Positions 26,037-38,016 of a DNA stretch of 64,000 nucleotides are shown here, piece by piece. Both the position numbers and the translations under genes were made by a program. Below the pieces are notes generated by a model. That model ran no database searches, had not been told where the DNA came from, and saw nothing but the letters and a program-made list of their open reading frames with translations. Each line of letters opens with the position of its first letter. Positions within the stretch are counted from its first letter, which is position 1. The DNA is from Callorhinchus milii (Eukaryota), in the NCBI RefSeq assembly GCF_018977255.1, contig NW_024704743.1, forward strand, positions 101,682,001 through 101,746,000. Direction: 5' to 3'.

Positions 26037-27434
26037 CTGCTCAACAAGAACATCAAAAGCAAATAAGGGTGGCAAAGATACTTAGGAATGAAAACAGGAG
26101 ATTATTCAGTCCAACAAACCTATTTATCAGATCACAGCAGATTAATTACTCCTATTTCTCTATACACTTTACTTGTCAAGTATACAAGTACTTACGTGAT
26201 GAATTTTAATATGATGCTCCCTTATTATGTACCTGTCTGTCATCTCTTTAAACATCCCTATTGATTCTGCCATTCTGACTCTCACTGACAATACATTGCA
26301 TATTTTCGTAAGCTTCTATGTGAAGAAATGTTTCATGACCTCACTTCAAACTGTCCTAGAGTTAATTATAACATGAGGCCCCCTTATTTAGAGCCCTTGT
26401 ATCAGAAGAAAACGTCTTGTACTATCTCAGATCTTCAGTTAGTAATCCACACAAGTACCCAGTTAATCCACAAATCATGAATGTAACATTCCCATAATTT
26501 GAAACCATGGAGAATGCATGTGCGAGTTAAGGCAGTGGATGGTATTGCTTAGAAATTAAACATTTTCCTATTTAAGACACTCATTTTTGGAATGATTGGA
26601 CAATAATAGTAATCCTTACATTTGGTATAGCATCTTCCTCAAAAGAGCTCTCAATACTGCATCTGCCATCCTATGGCTTCTTGCAGAGATATTTGCACTA
26701 AACAACACTATTGAATTAAAAGGCCCTTTGAGGTCCTTGTTCACTGGATTGATCCAAAACCCTTTCCAAATGGGTTTCTCTCAAGAGGTAGAGAATGGAC
26801 AGGATACAGAGAGAAATAATACGAATTCCATTTTATATTGTGCCTCAGCACATTGAAATATTCTAAAGCACTTCACACAATCGTTTACTTCGAAATGAAA
26901 CAACTATCGTTAGGATTGTCAATAAAGCAGCTAAATCTGAAACTGTAATATCCAATAATCAGCAATGTGATAAATAACTAATGGATCTTTTGGGTGGTCA
27001 GGGCAGTCGGGTGAATTTGAAGAGGACATATGAGGACTGACTCCCTTTTACAAGATGAGAAGAAAAAGTTGATGGAGAAAATGTACATGAAGTACAACAT
27101 TCATAGAAGATAGTTCCAGTGAGTTTAAAATCATTCATAGGATTGTGGGTTGCGGGTTCAAGTCCCACACTGGGACTTTGAGCTCACAGTCTATACTAAC
27201 ATTTCAGTGCAGTAATAACATTGTAACATCCTTCAGATGAGATGTCAAAGCAAGGTCCCATCTGCCTGTTCAAACAGACATTAAAGATTATATGATACTA
27301 TTGGAAAAAGAAGGGAGCTTCTCCTGGTCAACAATCCCCCAAATAAAATTGGTCATTCATTTCATGGTTGTTCGTGGGAGGCTGTTGTGTACAAATTGGC
27401 TGCCATGTTCGCCCACAAATATACCAGTCTATAA

Positions 27435-29818
27435 TACAACAAAAACAGCAAGGTTTCATTTATAGAGCGTCTTTCACGTCGGGAGGATGTCCCAAGGCGC
27501 TGGACAGTTGGGTCAGGACCCGAGCAGGGGGGAAATGGTCAGGGTGAGGGGAGGGAAGGGAGGGAGGAGGGGGTAGAGAGTAGAGAGGGGAGCTGAAGGC
27601 ACGGTCAAAGAGAAAGGTCATGAGACCGGCCTTGAAGGAGGAAAGGGAGGAGGCGGCGAAGGCACTGGGGGATAGAGTTCCAGAGCCTGGGAGCTGACAG
27701 GCTGAAGGCCCGACCACCGATGGTAGGGCGGTTGGGGCGGGGGATGTGGAGCAGACCGGAGCCAGAGGAACGGTGTGTACGGGCAGGTAAGTAGGGGGAT
27801 AGTAGGTCGGAGAGGCAGGAGGGTGCAAGGCCGTGAATGGCCTTGTAGGTGAGGATGAGGATCTTGAATTCGATCCTCTGGGGGATGGGGAGCCAGTGGA
27901 GGCGAGCGAGGGTGGGAGTGATGTGGTCCCGAAGCCTGGTGCGGGACAGTACACGAGCTGCAGAGTTCTGAATGACCTGCAGCTTGTGGAGGGAGGTGCG
28001 GGAAGGTCGGCGAAGAGAGAGTTCCCATAGTCCAGCCTTGAGGTGATAAAGGCGTGGACCAGTTTCAGCAGCGTGAGGGGTGAGGTAGTGCCGTAGTCTG
28101 GCGATGTTTCAGAGGTGATGGAAGGCGGTGCCAGTTGTGGTGCGGATATGAGGGAGAAAGGACAGCTCAGGGTCGAACAGAACCCCGAGGTTCCTGACTG
28201 GCTTTGAGAGGTGGAGAGTGCAGCCTTGGATGCTGATGCTGTCAGCGCCTGAGGTGCGGAGGCGCTGACGTGAGCCAATCAGGAGGGCCTCAGTTTTGCG
28301 CATGTTGAGCTGAAGAAAGTTGTCTCTCGTCCAGGACTCAATGTCGGACAGGCAGGCTGTCAGGACATTGGGGGTCGTGGAGTTGAGGGTAGAGGAGGAA
28401 AGGTAGAGTTGGGTGTCATCCGCATACATGTGGAAGTTAACCCCATGTCTGCGGATGATGTCACCAAGGGGGAGCATATAGAGGGTGAAGAGGAGGGGAC
28501 CGAGGACAGAACCCCGAGGGACTCCACACGAGACAGTGAGGGGGCCGGAGGAAAAGCCGTTTGTGGAAACAAAATGAAAACGGTGGGAGAGGTACGACCT
28601 AAACCACTCAAGGACAGGGCCTTGAAGGTTGAGATGGGAGGACAAGCGGTGGAGGAGGATAGCATGGTCGACCTATCGAATGCTGCCGATAGGTCGAGGA
28701 GGACGAGGAGGCAGAAGGAGCCCTGGTCGCAGATGGTCAAGATGTCATTGGTGACCTTGACCAGGGCGGTTTCTGTGCTATGGACAGCACGTAAACCCGA
28801 CTGAAGGGGTTCGAATAATGAATGGGTTGAGAGGAAAGAGCGCAGCTGGGAGGCGACAACTCATTCCAGGACCTTGGACAGGAAGGGGAGGTTGGAGATG
28901 GGCCGGTAGCTTGATAGCTGCGACGCATCAAGGGAGGGTTTTTTCAAAGTTGGAGTGATGGTGGCAATTTTTAGGGTAATGGGAACAGAGCCAGAGGACA
29001 GGGACAGATTGATGATGTCTGTGATAAGTGGGGCAAGGAGGTAGAGCTTAGAGATAAGGAGTGGAGTGGGGATGGGGTCAAGGGAGCAGGTGGTGGGTTT
29101 CAGGGGCAGGATGAGTTTGGTGACAGAAGGTGGGGAAACGGGTTCGAAGGTGTGTAGGGGAGGATGGGTAGGAGTTGGGAGTGTGGGAGGGGAGAGGTGG
29201 GGTTGGGTGGCAGTTGGAGGGGGAGTGACCGCGGAGCGGATTCCCTTGATTTTGGATTCAAGGAAATCCAACATCTCCTCGCAGTGAAGGTTGGAGGAGA
29301 TGACCAGCGCGGGGTGGCGGGGGGGACGGAGGAGTCGGAATGTGGTAGAAAACAGAAGCCTGGGGTTGTTCTTCACACCAGGATTATCCTGGAGTAGAAG
29401 GAAGACTTGGCCGAGGCTGGAGTGGAGCGGTAGATTTTGAGGAGGTCCAGCCAGATTTGTCGGTGGACCGTTAAGCCAGATTTGAGGCAGGTACATTCAG
29501 CGGCCCGCACCTGGCTCTTCAGTGAGCGGAGGTGGGTGGTGAACCAGGGGGAGGAGCGAGAGTAGGAGACAGTACGGGAGGTGATGGGGGCAAGAGTGTC
29601 GAGTGTGGAGGAGAGGGTGTTGTGGAGGAGGGTGAGAGGAGAAGAGGGGTCAGTGAGGGTTGAAGGCCAGAGGGAGAGGAGTTCAGAGGACTCCAAGGCA
29701 GCGGTTAGGGATTGTGGGGGTAACTTCTTCCAGGGGCGATAGAAGTGGTGGTGGGTCTGGTAGAGGTGGGGAGGAGGATGGAGGTGGTGAAGGAGATGAA
29801 GTGGTGATCGGAGATCGG
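27435..29818 (-). mobile_element. L2-clade LINE, 5'-truncated, relatively well preserved but frameshifted
   Basis: ORF2 pieces [56 protein letters not shown] and HAFITSRLDYGNSL. The 3' stem-loop tail is at 27435-27500. Confidence 0.95.
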
Positions 29819-31951
29819 ATTTATAAATCCTATAAAGCTTTTAGGGCATTTTAACAACATGACAAAATGCATGTCAAATGCAAATATTATTATTGTATAA
29901 CCTCTAATCCCAATTTCCTGCTCTTCCATCCTGCTCTTACATTTTGTCTTTTCATACAATTGCCTTTTACCCACAGTATTGTTACTAGTGATTCAAAATA
30001 GAAAGGACCAAACTAACTGCATTTTAATTAAAAATAAAAATAAAATTCTCTGATTCTAAGGTTAGGAGTTCAAACCCTTGTCTCCTTCCCCATATAGTAC
30101 ACCAAACAGTGCATGCAGATATAATTAATTTAAATCTTGTTTCTATTTCCCATTTCACTTTGTCCTTTAAGGGCAATGGCATATGTTACTGAGATCCAAT
30201 TACGTCAGATATTAAGCTAATTGTGTTTTAGAGCAGCGCATTTATGCCTTTGGGACTCAAAGTAGGTTCTGATATTTGACATGTTTAGAATTAACAGTCT
30301 ATAATTGAAAACTGTATAGTGACACCCTTTATATGCTTAAATATTTAAAACTGAAATTCTAAGATACCACATATTGTATTTATTATTGGAAAATTTATAT
30401 GATATGGACTATAACTGGCAGAATTGTTTTTACATCTGTAACTATTGGACTTAATTGCTCCTTCACAATACTGCAGATGGAGTTCCCATTAGTAAAGTAA
30501 TAAAAATCCTCACATTTGGTATAACACCTTCCACATTGGGAGGACGTCCCAAAGCACTTCACGGAATATACTGTAAAGTGCACTGATCGAGATTTAATGG
30601 CCTAGTGGCCCAGCAAACACAATGCCTGATGCAGCAAAAACAGACCCAGGAGATCATAGGGATCTATGCTGATTTAGCTGGTCCCAGGTAGGGCAGCAGT
30701 TGGGACTCCGTATTTGACCTCAGAGCTCCTGGGCTAGAGAGGGCCAAATCGCCTAATCAAACAGGTTTTCACCTCCTGATCACCATTCAGTAACTTCGTT
30801 TGCTTAATTTGCCTTGCTCTATCCCCAATAAATGGGGGTTCTTCAGCCTGGTCCCATAATCACCCCCAAATGTCAGCATTCGGATACAGATTGACCAGTT
30901 GCACATTTTCACATTTCAATTCAAGTGGTCTCAATATCTGGGGTTGCAACCATTTCACAGCTTACATTCAGCTGCTAGAAAAAAATCACCTCACCATTTA
31001 AATAAGAATTAATACCAATAATAATCCTTGCATTTGATACAGAGCATTTCAGATCAAGAGGATGTCTCCAAGCACTTCACATCATTTATTGTAAAGTCTC
31101 GTGACTGGGTTTTTCTGGGCAAATGTGGCAGCATAGCAATGTCCCAAAATAGCTATTAAGTAAATGAGCAATTTTATCTTAGGATCGTTGGCCAGGACAC
31201 TAGGAGAAACTCCTCTTTTTGAAGAGTGTCATGGGATTTTTAAAGTCGACCTGATCAGATAGACATGAACTTGTTTTAATGTCTCACCAATGATGCCATC
31301 AGCACTGTGTCATTGTTATAACCTTCTGACTCAGAGGTGAGACTGTTAGAAACTAAGCCAGGCTAAAGATAAACTGAAATACATCTTGTTTAAGACAGAC
31401 ACCATTACACAATGCATGGCACTATTGCACAATTCTGTTTGTAAACATTGAAATTATGTTTCATAGAATCATAGAATGTTAAAATAGAAACTGCCCATTT
31501 GGTTCATTTCCTCTGGTCATTGATTACAAAATAAAATCGTTAGACTTTACAGTACTGCATATCCTGTGAAGAAACATCCTGATGTGAAAATGTAACTAAC
31601 TGTAAGAAATATTAGGCTCCAGTGCCTTGGGACGTCCTCCTGACATGAAAGGCACTATATAAATGCAATTTGTTATCATTGTTTTTATTATCATATGATC
31701 ATATTGTTTAAATAATTAATACTGTGCAGAATCGTGAAAATTACTTTAGTTCAGATTTTAATGTAGGAGACAGATCATTTTTAACTGCAGAAAAATGACC
31801 TCCATATTGAAAATTTTCCCAAAAATCTGCAATGCTAAATTTTGAAACAAATGCAAAACAGTCTTACAATCTGAAACTTTTGGATAGTCTTTCAATATAA
31901 ATCGGGTTTCTGAAAAAGTGTTTTGCCACTTTTTCTTTAGTGGGGATGGGT

Positions 31952-31978
31952 GGGGGGGGGGGGGGGGGGGGGGGGGGG
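31952..31978 (+). repeat. Poly-G run (27 nt)
   Basis: Directly visible homopolymer. Confidence 0.95.
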
Positions 31979-32526
31979 ATATCCCTGTGTCCTTTGGTCA
32001 CTCATAACTGATGTGAGGAAGCGTTGGTAAGCGATTTAAGGCAGAGACAGGTATTGGCAGAAAACCACCTTGACCACTTGCATTCTCATTGATCTTACAG
32101 TGCCCCCTTGACGTGGATCTGGGATAACAAGCTGCCGGATTTGAAAAAAAACGTGGGCTACAGTCGCGTCAGCTGTTAGTGCAGCATTGTATAGCCATTA
32201 TTGTTGTGGATCTGTAACCTCAGCCTTGCTGCTGCATTTTATCTGCCTCAAAAGTGTGCCTTGACCTTGACTAAGTGTCAAACATCAGCAGTCACCCAAT
32301 GCTGCAGACAAGACTCCGCAATACGGCCCCAAAGGTGACCTGATGCAGGAAGAGACGTGGGGAGGTGTTTCAGGCTGGAGGGATCATTTGGATTGGGGTG
32401 TTTTATTTTTATTTGGAGTGGAGAAGGGCTGTGTTTGTGTGTGTGTGTGAAAAATAAATAAAAATTGCAATTGGCTAATATACATAAAAACATAAGGTCT
32501 CACACTGCAATGAGAAAAAAATCCCA

Positions 32527-33014
32527 AAAGAGAGAGAGATAGAGAGGAAGAGAGAAAGAGAGAGATAGAGAGAAAGAGAGAGAGAGATAGAGAGAGAGGG
32601 AGAGGGAGACAGATAGACAGGGAGAGATAGAGAGAAAGAGAGAGAGAGAAAGAGAGAGAGATAGATAGACAGGGAGAGATAGAGAGAAAGGGAGAGAGAG
32701 AGAGATAGATAGACAGAGAGAGAGATAGATAGACAGAGAGAGATAGAGAGAAAGGGAGAGAGAGAGAGATAGATAGACAGGGAGAGATAGAGAGAAAGGG
32801 GGAGAGAGAGAGAAGGGGAGAGAGAGAGAGATAGATAGATAGAGAGAGAGATAGATAGACAGGGAGAGATAGAGAGAAAGGGGGAGAGAGAGAGATAGAT
32901 AGACAGAGAGAGAGAGAGATAGACAGGGAGAGAAAGAGAGAAAGGGAGAGAGAGAGAGAAGGGGAGAGAGAGAGAGAGGGGGGGGGATGGAGAGAGAGAG
33001 AGAGAGAGAGAGAG
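32527..33014. repeat. Compound (GA)n/GATA/GACA polypurine microsatellite
   Basis: About 490 bp, almost purely purine on the plus strand, with a recurring unit gagagagatagatagacagggagagatagagagaaagg. Confidence 0.95.
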
Positions 33015-33054
33015 CAGTAAGCTGTTGCCCTGCTCCCATGGCTGACAGACTTAC

Positions 33055-33250
33055 CGGAGCAGCAGCTCAGGCTGCTGGAGACGGCTGCCCGGGGTTGGCC
33101 GGGGCTCTGCTGGTAATCGCGGCTCTCCCGCTCCTCCTCGGAAAAGGGGGATTCAGGAGAAGGCGATCCCTTGTGTTTGGGTCGGTACGGGCGGAGGACC
33201 AGTCTCGGGATGCGGCTGCGTGAGCTTTCCTTCTCTCGCACCTTCTGATC
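33055..33250 (-). CDS. SYBU: Syntabulin coding exon 2 (196 nt, phase 0 to 1)
   Basis: Acceptor gagtag|GATCAG, donor TCCG|GTAAGT. Encodes DQKVREKESSRSRIPRLVLRPYRPKHKGSPSPESPFSEEERESRDY...SSLSCCS, matching recalled syntabulin KEISRSRIPRLILRP...SPASESPFSEEESRE. Confidence 0.95.
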
Positions 33251-33276
33251 CTACTCAACACCAAACAAAATAACCC

Positions 33277-34015
33277 CATCACCACCACCATCACCACCAC
33301 CATCACCACCATCACCATCACCACCACCATCATCACCATCATCACCACCACCATCACCACCACCATCATCACCACCATCACCACCATCACCACCACCATC
33401 ATCACCACCATCACCACCATCATCATCATCATCATCACCATCACAACCATCATCATCACCATCATCATCACCATCATCACCACCACCATCATCATCACCA
33501 CCACCATCATCACCATCATCATCACCATCATCACCACCACCACCACCACCATCATCATCACCACCACCATCATCACCATCATCATCATCACCACCATCAT
33601 CATCATCATCACCACCATCATCATCACCACCATCATCATCACCACCATCATCATCATCACCACCATCATCATCACCACCATCATCATCACCATCATCATC
33701 ATCATCACCACCATCATCAACATCACCACCACCATCATCACCACCATCATCATCACCACCATCATCATCATCACCACCCTCATCATCACCATCATCATCA
33801 TCACCACCACCATCACCACCACCATCATCATCACCACCACCACCATCATCACCACCATCATCACCACCACCATCATCATCACCACAACCACCATCACCAT
33901 CATTATCACCACCATCATCATCATCATCACCACCATCATCATCATCATCACCGCCATCATCATCATCCCATTATCACCACCACCACCATCATCACCACCC
34001 TCATCATCATCATCA
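33277..34015. repeat. Compound (CAT/CAC)n trinucleotide microsatellite
   Basis: About 740 bp of interspersed CAT and CAC triplets. Confidence 0.97.
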
Positions 34016-34089
34016 CTCCAGTTAATCAGCATCATACATGTGCTATGAATCTTATGGAGCCGCAGTATTTGCAACTGCGCCTCCACCCT

Positions 34090-34312
34090 CCACACACACA
34101 CACTCACTCACACACACCTCCACACACACACACCTCCACACACTCACACTCACCTTCACTCACTCACACTCACCTTCACTCACTCACACACTCACACACA
34201 CCTTCACTCACTCACACACACCTTCATTCACTCACACACTCACACACACCTTCACTCACTCACACACACTCACACACACTGACACACTCACACACACCCT
34301 CACTCACACCCA
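34090..34312. repeat. (CA)n/(CACT)n compound microsatellite
   Basis: Recurring ccttcactcactcacacacac units. Confidence 0.95.
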
Positions 34313-34369
34313 CCATAAAGCTTTCTCTCTCTCTCTTTTTCGTTAACCAAAACACATGACATGTTCCAC

Positions 34370-35410
34370 TCGGAGCTGCTGCCTTCTCCCTGTGTCAGTG
34401 TCGGCTGTGCGGGAGGAGCAGCGCAGCGGCGGCGGCGGTGTTGTTGTTGTTGGTAATTCACCCCCAACCCACACATTTGTCGATTTCAACAGCAGAAATT
34501 TCCAACAAACATCAGCGGATCTGAACCTTCAATCAATTCCGCAGAGAGTCAGAGAGCGACACCAAAAGTCTCCCCTAACCCCCTCCCTCCCTCCCCCCCT
34601 CTCTGTGTCCCCCTGTCCACCCCTCAGGGAGTTTCTGACACGATCGCAACACTGCGCCAACACTGTGGACACCACCTTTTCGGCTCTGCCCCACAAAACA
34701 CAGGGGGACAAGTCCCCCACCGGCCAAGCCGGGGGGGGGGTGGGGGGTGTGGGGGGGGTCCCGCAGCACCAAAAAGCCATCGGAAGCCGTTAGCAGATGG
34801 GAACCAGATGCAGCAAATGGCTACTTCACTGCCAGACACGTAGAATAAACCTCGGTCGTGTGTTCTGCACCATCAGCTTTTACATATATATATATACACA
34901 CACACTGCACAGAGATGGGAGAATCTATTCACGTGAGATGCAGAGAAAATATAAACCGGAGGGGTGATGTTTCCATTGCTGAGACCCCCCCCCCCCCCGG
35001 GACCCCACCAGGTGCCCTCTGCCATGTCCTTACCTTATGGTATTCATTGAAAGGTCCCATTCCGTTCCCTCCCGCTGGAACCTGTCATTTGGAGAGGAGG
35101 AAGAAATGAGATGCATCAGCGCCTGCGTGTTACTGGAGGCCACGTGGCACATCAGCTCCACACTCTCCGCTCTCTCTGGTACCTTCTGCCCTCTCGACTG
35201 AGAGGCAAAACCACAGCCATCTCTTTCCCTTCTAACAGGGAGAGAGGGAGCGCCTCCCTGTGCTCCGGCCATCACCACCACCCCCACGAAATAACAATGG
35301 TCATTCACCTCCAGGCTGTCCGCGAGGCATCGCTGGGCACACGTGAGCTGCGGAGTCGCCGCACTTTGCGGTATTAGCCCGCGAAGTGCTTTTGGAAGGG
35401 GCTTCCCGTG
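34370..35410. promoter_or_regulatory. GC/CpG-rich region around SYBU first coding exon (probable promoter region)
   Basis: Visibly CpG-rich against a CpG-poor background (gcagcggcggcggcgg; ccgcgaggcatcgc; gcggagtcgccgc), free of TEs, with three CACGTG E-boxes. Confidence 0.55.
35034..35060 (-). CDS. SYBU: Syntabulin first coding exon (MGPFNEYHK); whole exon probably 35034-35081
   Basis: Minus strand reads ATG GGA CCT TTC AAT GAA TAC CAT AAG|GTAAGG, a strong phase-0 donor. It resembles the mammalian syntabulin N-terminus MGPLRESK (recalled) and joins in frame to the phase-0 acceptor at 33250. Confidence 0.85.
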
Positions 35411-35431
35411 TAAAAGGTGCCACACCAAGTG

Positions 35432-35756
35432 TATTAATAATATAACAATGATCGTCCTTGCATTTGATATAGCGCTTTTCACGTCGGGAGGACGTCCCAA
35501 AGCGCTTCACAGAATATACTGTAAAGTGAATTGACTGTATATTTGTGGGCGAACGCGGCAGTCAATTGCGCACAGCAATGTCCCACAAACAGTCGTAGAT
35601 TAAAAATGACCAATTTATTATTGTTTTTGGTTTTGGAGGGATTATTATTAGGTGTGTGGAGTAAGGAAACTTGCCCAAGGTTTTGCCCTGCCTGGAATTG
35701 AATTCAGGTCTCTCGCTTGCAAAGCGAGTGCTCTAACCACTGAGCTACAGGACTCC
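35432..35756 (-). mobile_element. tRNA-Ala-derived SINE, short form, full length
   Basis: Head GGAGTCCTGTAGCTCAGTGGTTAGAGCACTCGCTTTGCAAGCGAG has an A-box and an anticodon stem CTCGC/GCGAG. L2-type 3' tail. Confidence 0.9.
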
Positions 35757-36454
35757 ACAGGATTATTATTATTATTATTTTTCTGGGTCCAACAATCATC
35801 TGAATCGATAAAATGGGACAGGGACATTATAGGTCCCATCATTCAAAGTCATCACGGTTTGGCAGTAGGTGAACTTTCACTCTCAAAGTTGGTGAAGTTT
35901 TTTTCTTTCAGCGTTTCATTTTCTAATAATATTAATTCAGCAGGAAAAATCCCTGTCGTCAGTCTGCTCTCCCAAGTCCTACCGATGAGTCAGGCAGGCT
36001 GGGCTGGCAATGCTCTGGAGTACTCTGCACAAACTGGCTTTCAACTTGACCCACAACATACAGTCACTGAACAGCATAGTAAAAATCCTGTGAAGCGCTT
36101 CGAGACATTTTGATGATTTAATAAAGAGCTACATCAAATGCAAGGATTATTATTATTATAATTGTATAATATTATAAAAACTACTCTAACCCGGTTAGTT
36201 AAAGCACTGATAGACATTACTAGAAATGGTGGTATGACAGGATCTTGTCACTGGATCGAACCTGATTAGAATCAAACTACTGACTCGTGAGAAACCATGA
36301 ATAACAACCTCCTGCTTCTACTACTTTCCATAAGGATGACAAAAACTGACATATACTGTGACCCAAACAAAAACATAATTGTTTGCTCAGTCCAACAGGA
36401 ATGTGAGCTAAACTGTACACAGTAGAAAATCTAAATTAAAAACACATCCTATTA

Positions 36455-37170
36455 CGATTTACATAGATTTACATAGAATGTACAACACAGAAACAGGCCA
36501 TTCAGTTCAGCCAATGTTCAACCAATAAGCCAATGTTTATACTTCACAAGAGCCTCCGCCCAATCCTAACACCCTCCCTCCAATCCTAACCCCCTCCCAT
36601 ACCCTTTCTATTTCCTTCTCCCTCATGTATATGTCTAGCTTCCTCTTAAACAACTGCTTCAACCACTGCTTCAGGAGGTGGGTTCTACAATCTCACTACC
36701 CTCTTTGTGAGCAAGTTCCTCCTAAAGTCTCTTTTCGATCCCCTGTATCTGCGTCTCTTGGTTACAGACACTCCAACTAATGGATACAGCCTATTTATAC
36801 TAACCTTATGGAACCCTTTTATAATTTTAAATACCTCTATTAGGTCCTTTCTTAAACGCCTCTTCTCTGATGGAAAAAGGCCTAACATATTGTGTCTATA
36901 CTGATAACTTGTGATCCTAGTAAACTACTCTTTCCTTTGTAGCTATACCCTTTTTATAGTGTGGAGTTAAACCCAATACTCAAAATATGGTCTAAACAAG
37001 GTTTTGCACAAATTCAACCTTATCTCCTCACTTTTATACTTTATTCCTCTGATATAGGAATATCCAAGACAACATTGACACTTTTATAGCCTCATCGACC
37101 TAATTTTAGAAATTTGTGAATCTGAATCCCCAGATACCTTTGCTCCTCTACTCATTTTAGGTTCCCACCA
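36455..37170 (-). mobile_element. CR1 3' fragment
   Basis: LGLFPSEKRRLRKDLIEVFKIIKGF...KRVVRL, with tail catagatttacatagaat. Confidence 0.9.
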
Positions 37171-37709
37171 TCTTTCTCAACAAGTTAAACAGGACTTAGG
37201 CAGCAGAGCACTAATACAGATGTTCACAAGCATGTTGTGCTGCACTGAAATAAGGGATGTTGCCTTTCACCAGCTTGTGTTTCGGAATGGACAAATGGCT
37301 AAACAGGAAGCCGTGACATTTTGGAAATATCAAACTGCATCAGTATAAGGGAGCCCCAGGCATTCATATTTACTAGAATCTCACCTAGCAATGTTAAAGA
37401 CTTTGTTAAAAGGCAATTATTAATTTATAACTTTCTGTGTTTGCTCACTGATTGACCAGAAATATAAGATATTCTTAACCTGAGGCTGTGTTAGATACAA
37501 GAAAGGATCTTATTGCAAACATGTTTTATACATTTATATAGCGCAGCCCCAGCATAAAATTACAAGTGTGGGAAGAATATACAAGCAAAGCATTTTATTG
37601 TAGACACAGAATATGTCGATTGATTCAACCAAGCAATTCAGCGGTTCTAATAGTTATTACAGTCTCATGCAAATTATTATAGATCAAGAATGCAAACCAA
37701 ACGTGCTTA

Positions 37710-38016
37710 ATAATATAATAATAATAATCCTTGCATTTGATATAGCGCCTTATCACATCTTCTAAACGTCTCAAAGCGCTTCACAGAATAGACTGTAAAG
37801 TGAATTGACTGTATATTTGTGGGCGAAATGTGGCAGCTAATTGCGCAGAACAGTGTCCCACAAACAGTCGTGAATTGAAATGACCAATTTTTTTTTGAGG
37901 GTTTACTATCAGGCGTGTGGAGTAAGGAAACTTGCCAAAGGTTTCATCATGCCGTGAATTGAACCCAGGTTTCTCGCTTGCAAAGGGAGTGTTCTAACCA
38001 CTGAGTTACAGGACTC
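37710..38016 (-). mobile_element. tRNA-derived SINE, short form
   Basis: Same head, body and (TTA)n tail as 35432-35756. Confidence 0.9.

Noticed and set aside
27435..29818. Active reverse transcriptase or novel RT system
   Set aside because: Ordinary L2 ORF2, 5'-truncated and split across several frames.
32384..33054. Ser/Leu-rich extension of the 285-aa ORF and overlapping ORFs
   Set aside because: Read-through past the GTAAGT donor into the (CT)n microsatellite. Only 33055-33250 resembles syntabulin.
33067..34107. 346-aa Met/Val-rich ORF
   Set aside because: It is the translation of the stop-free (GAT/GGT)n microsatellite and overlaps exon 2 in the wrong frame.
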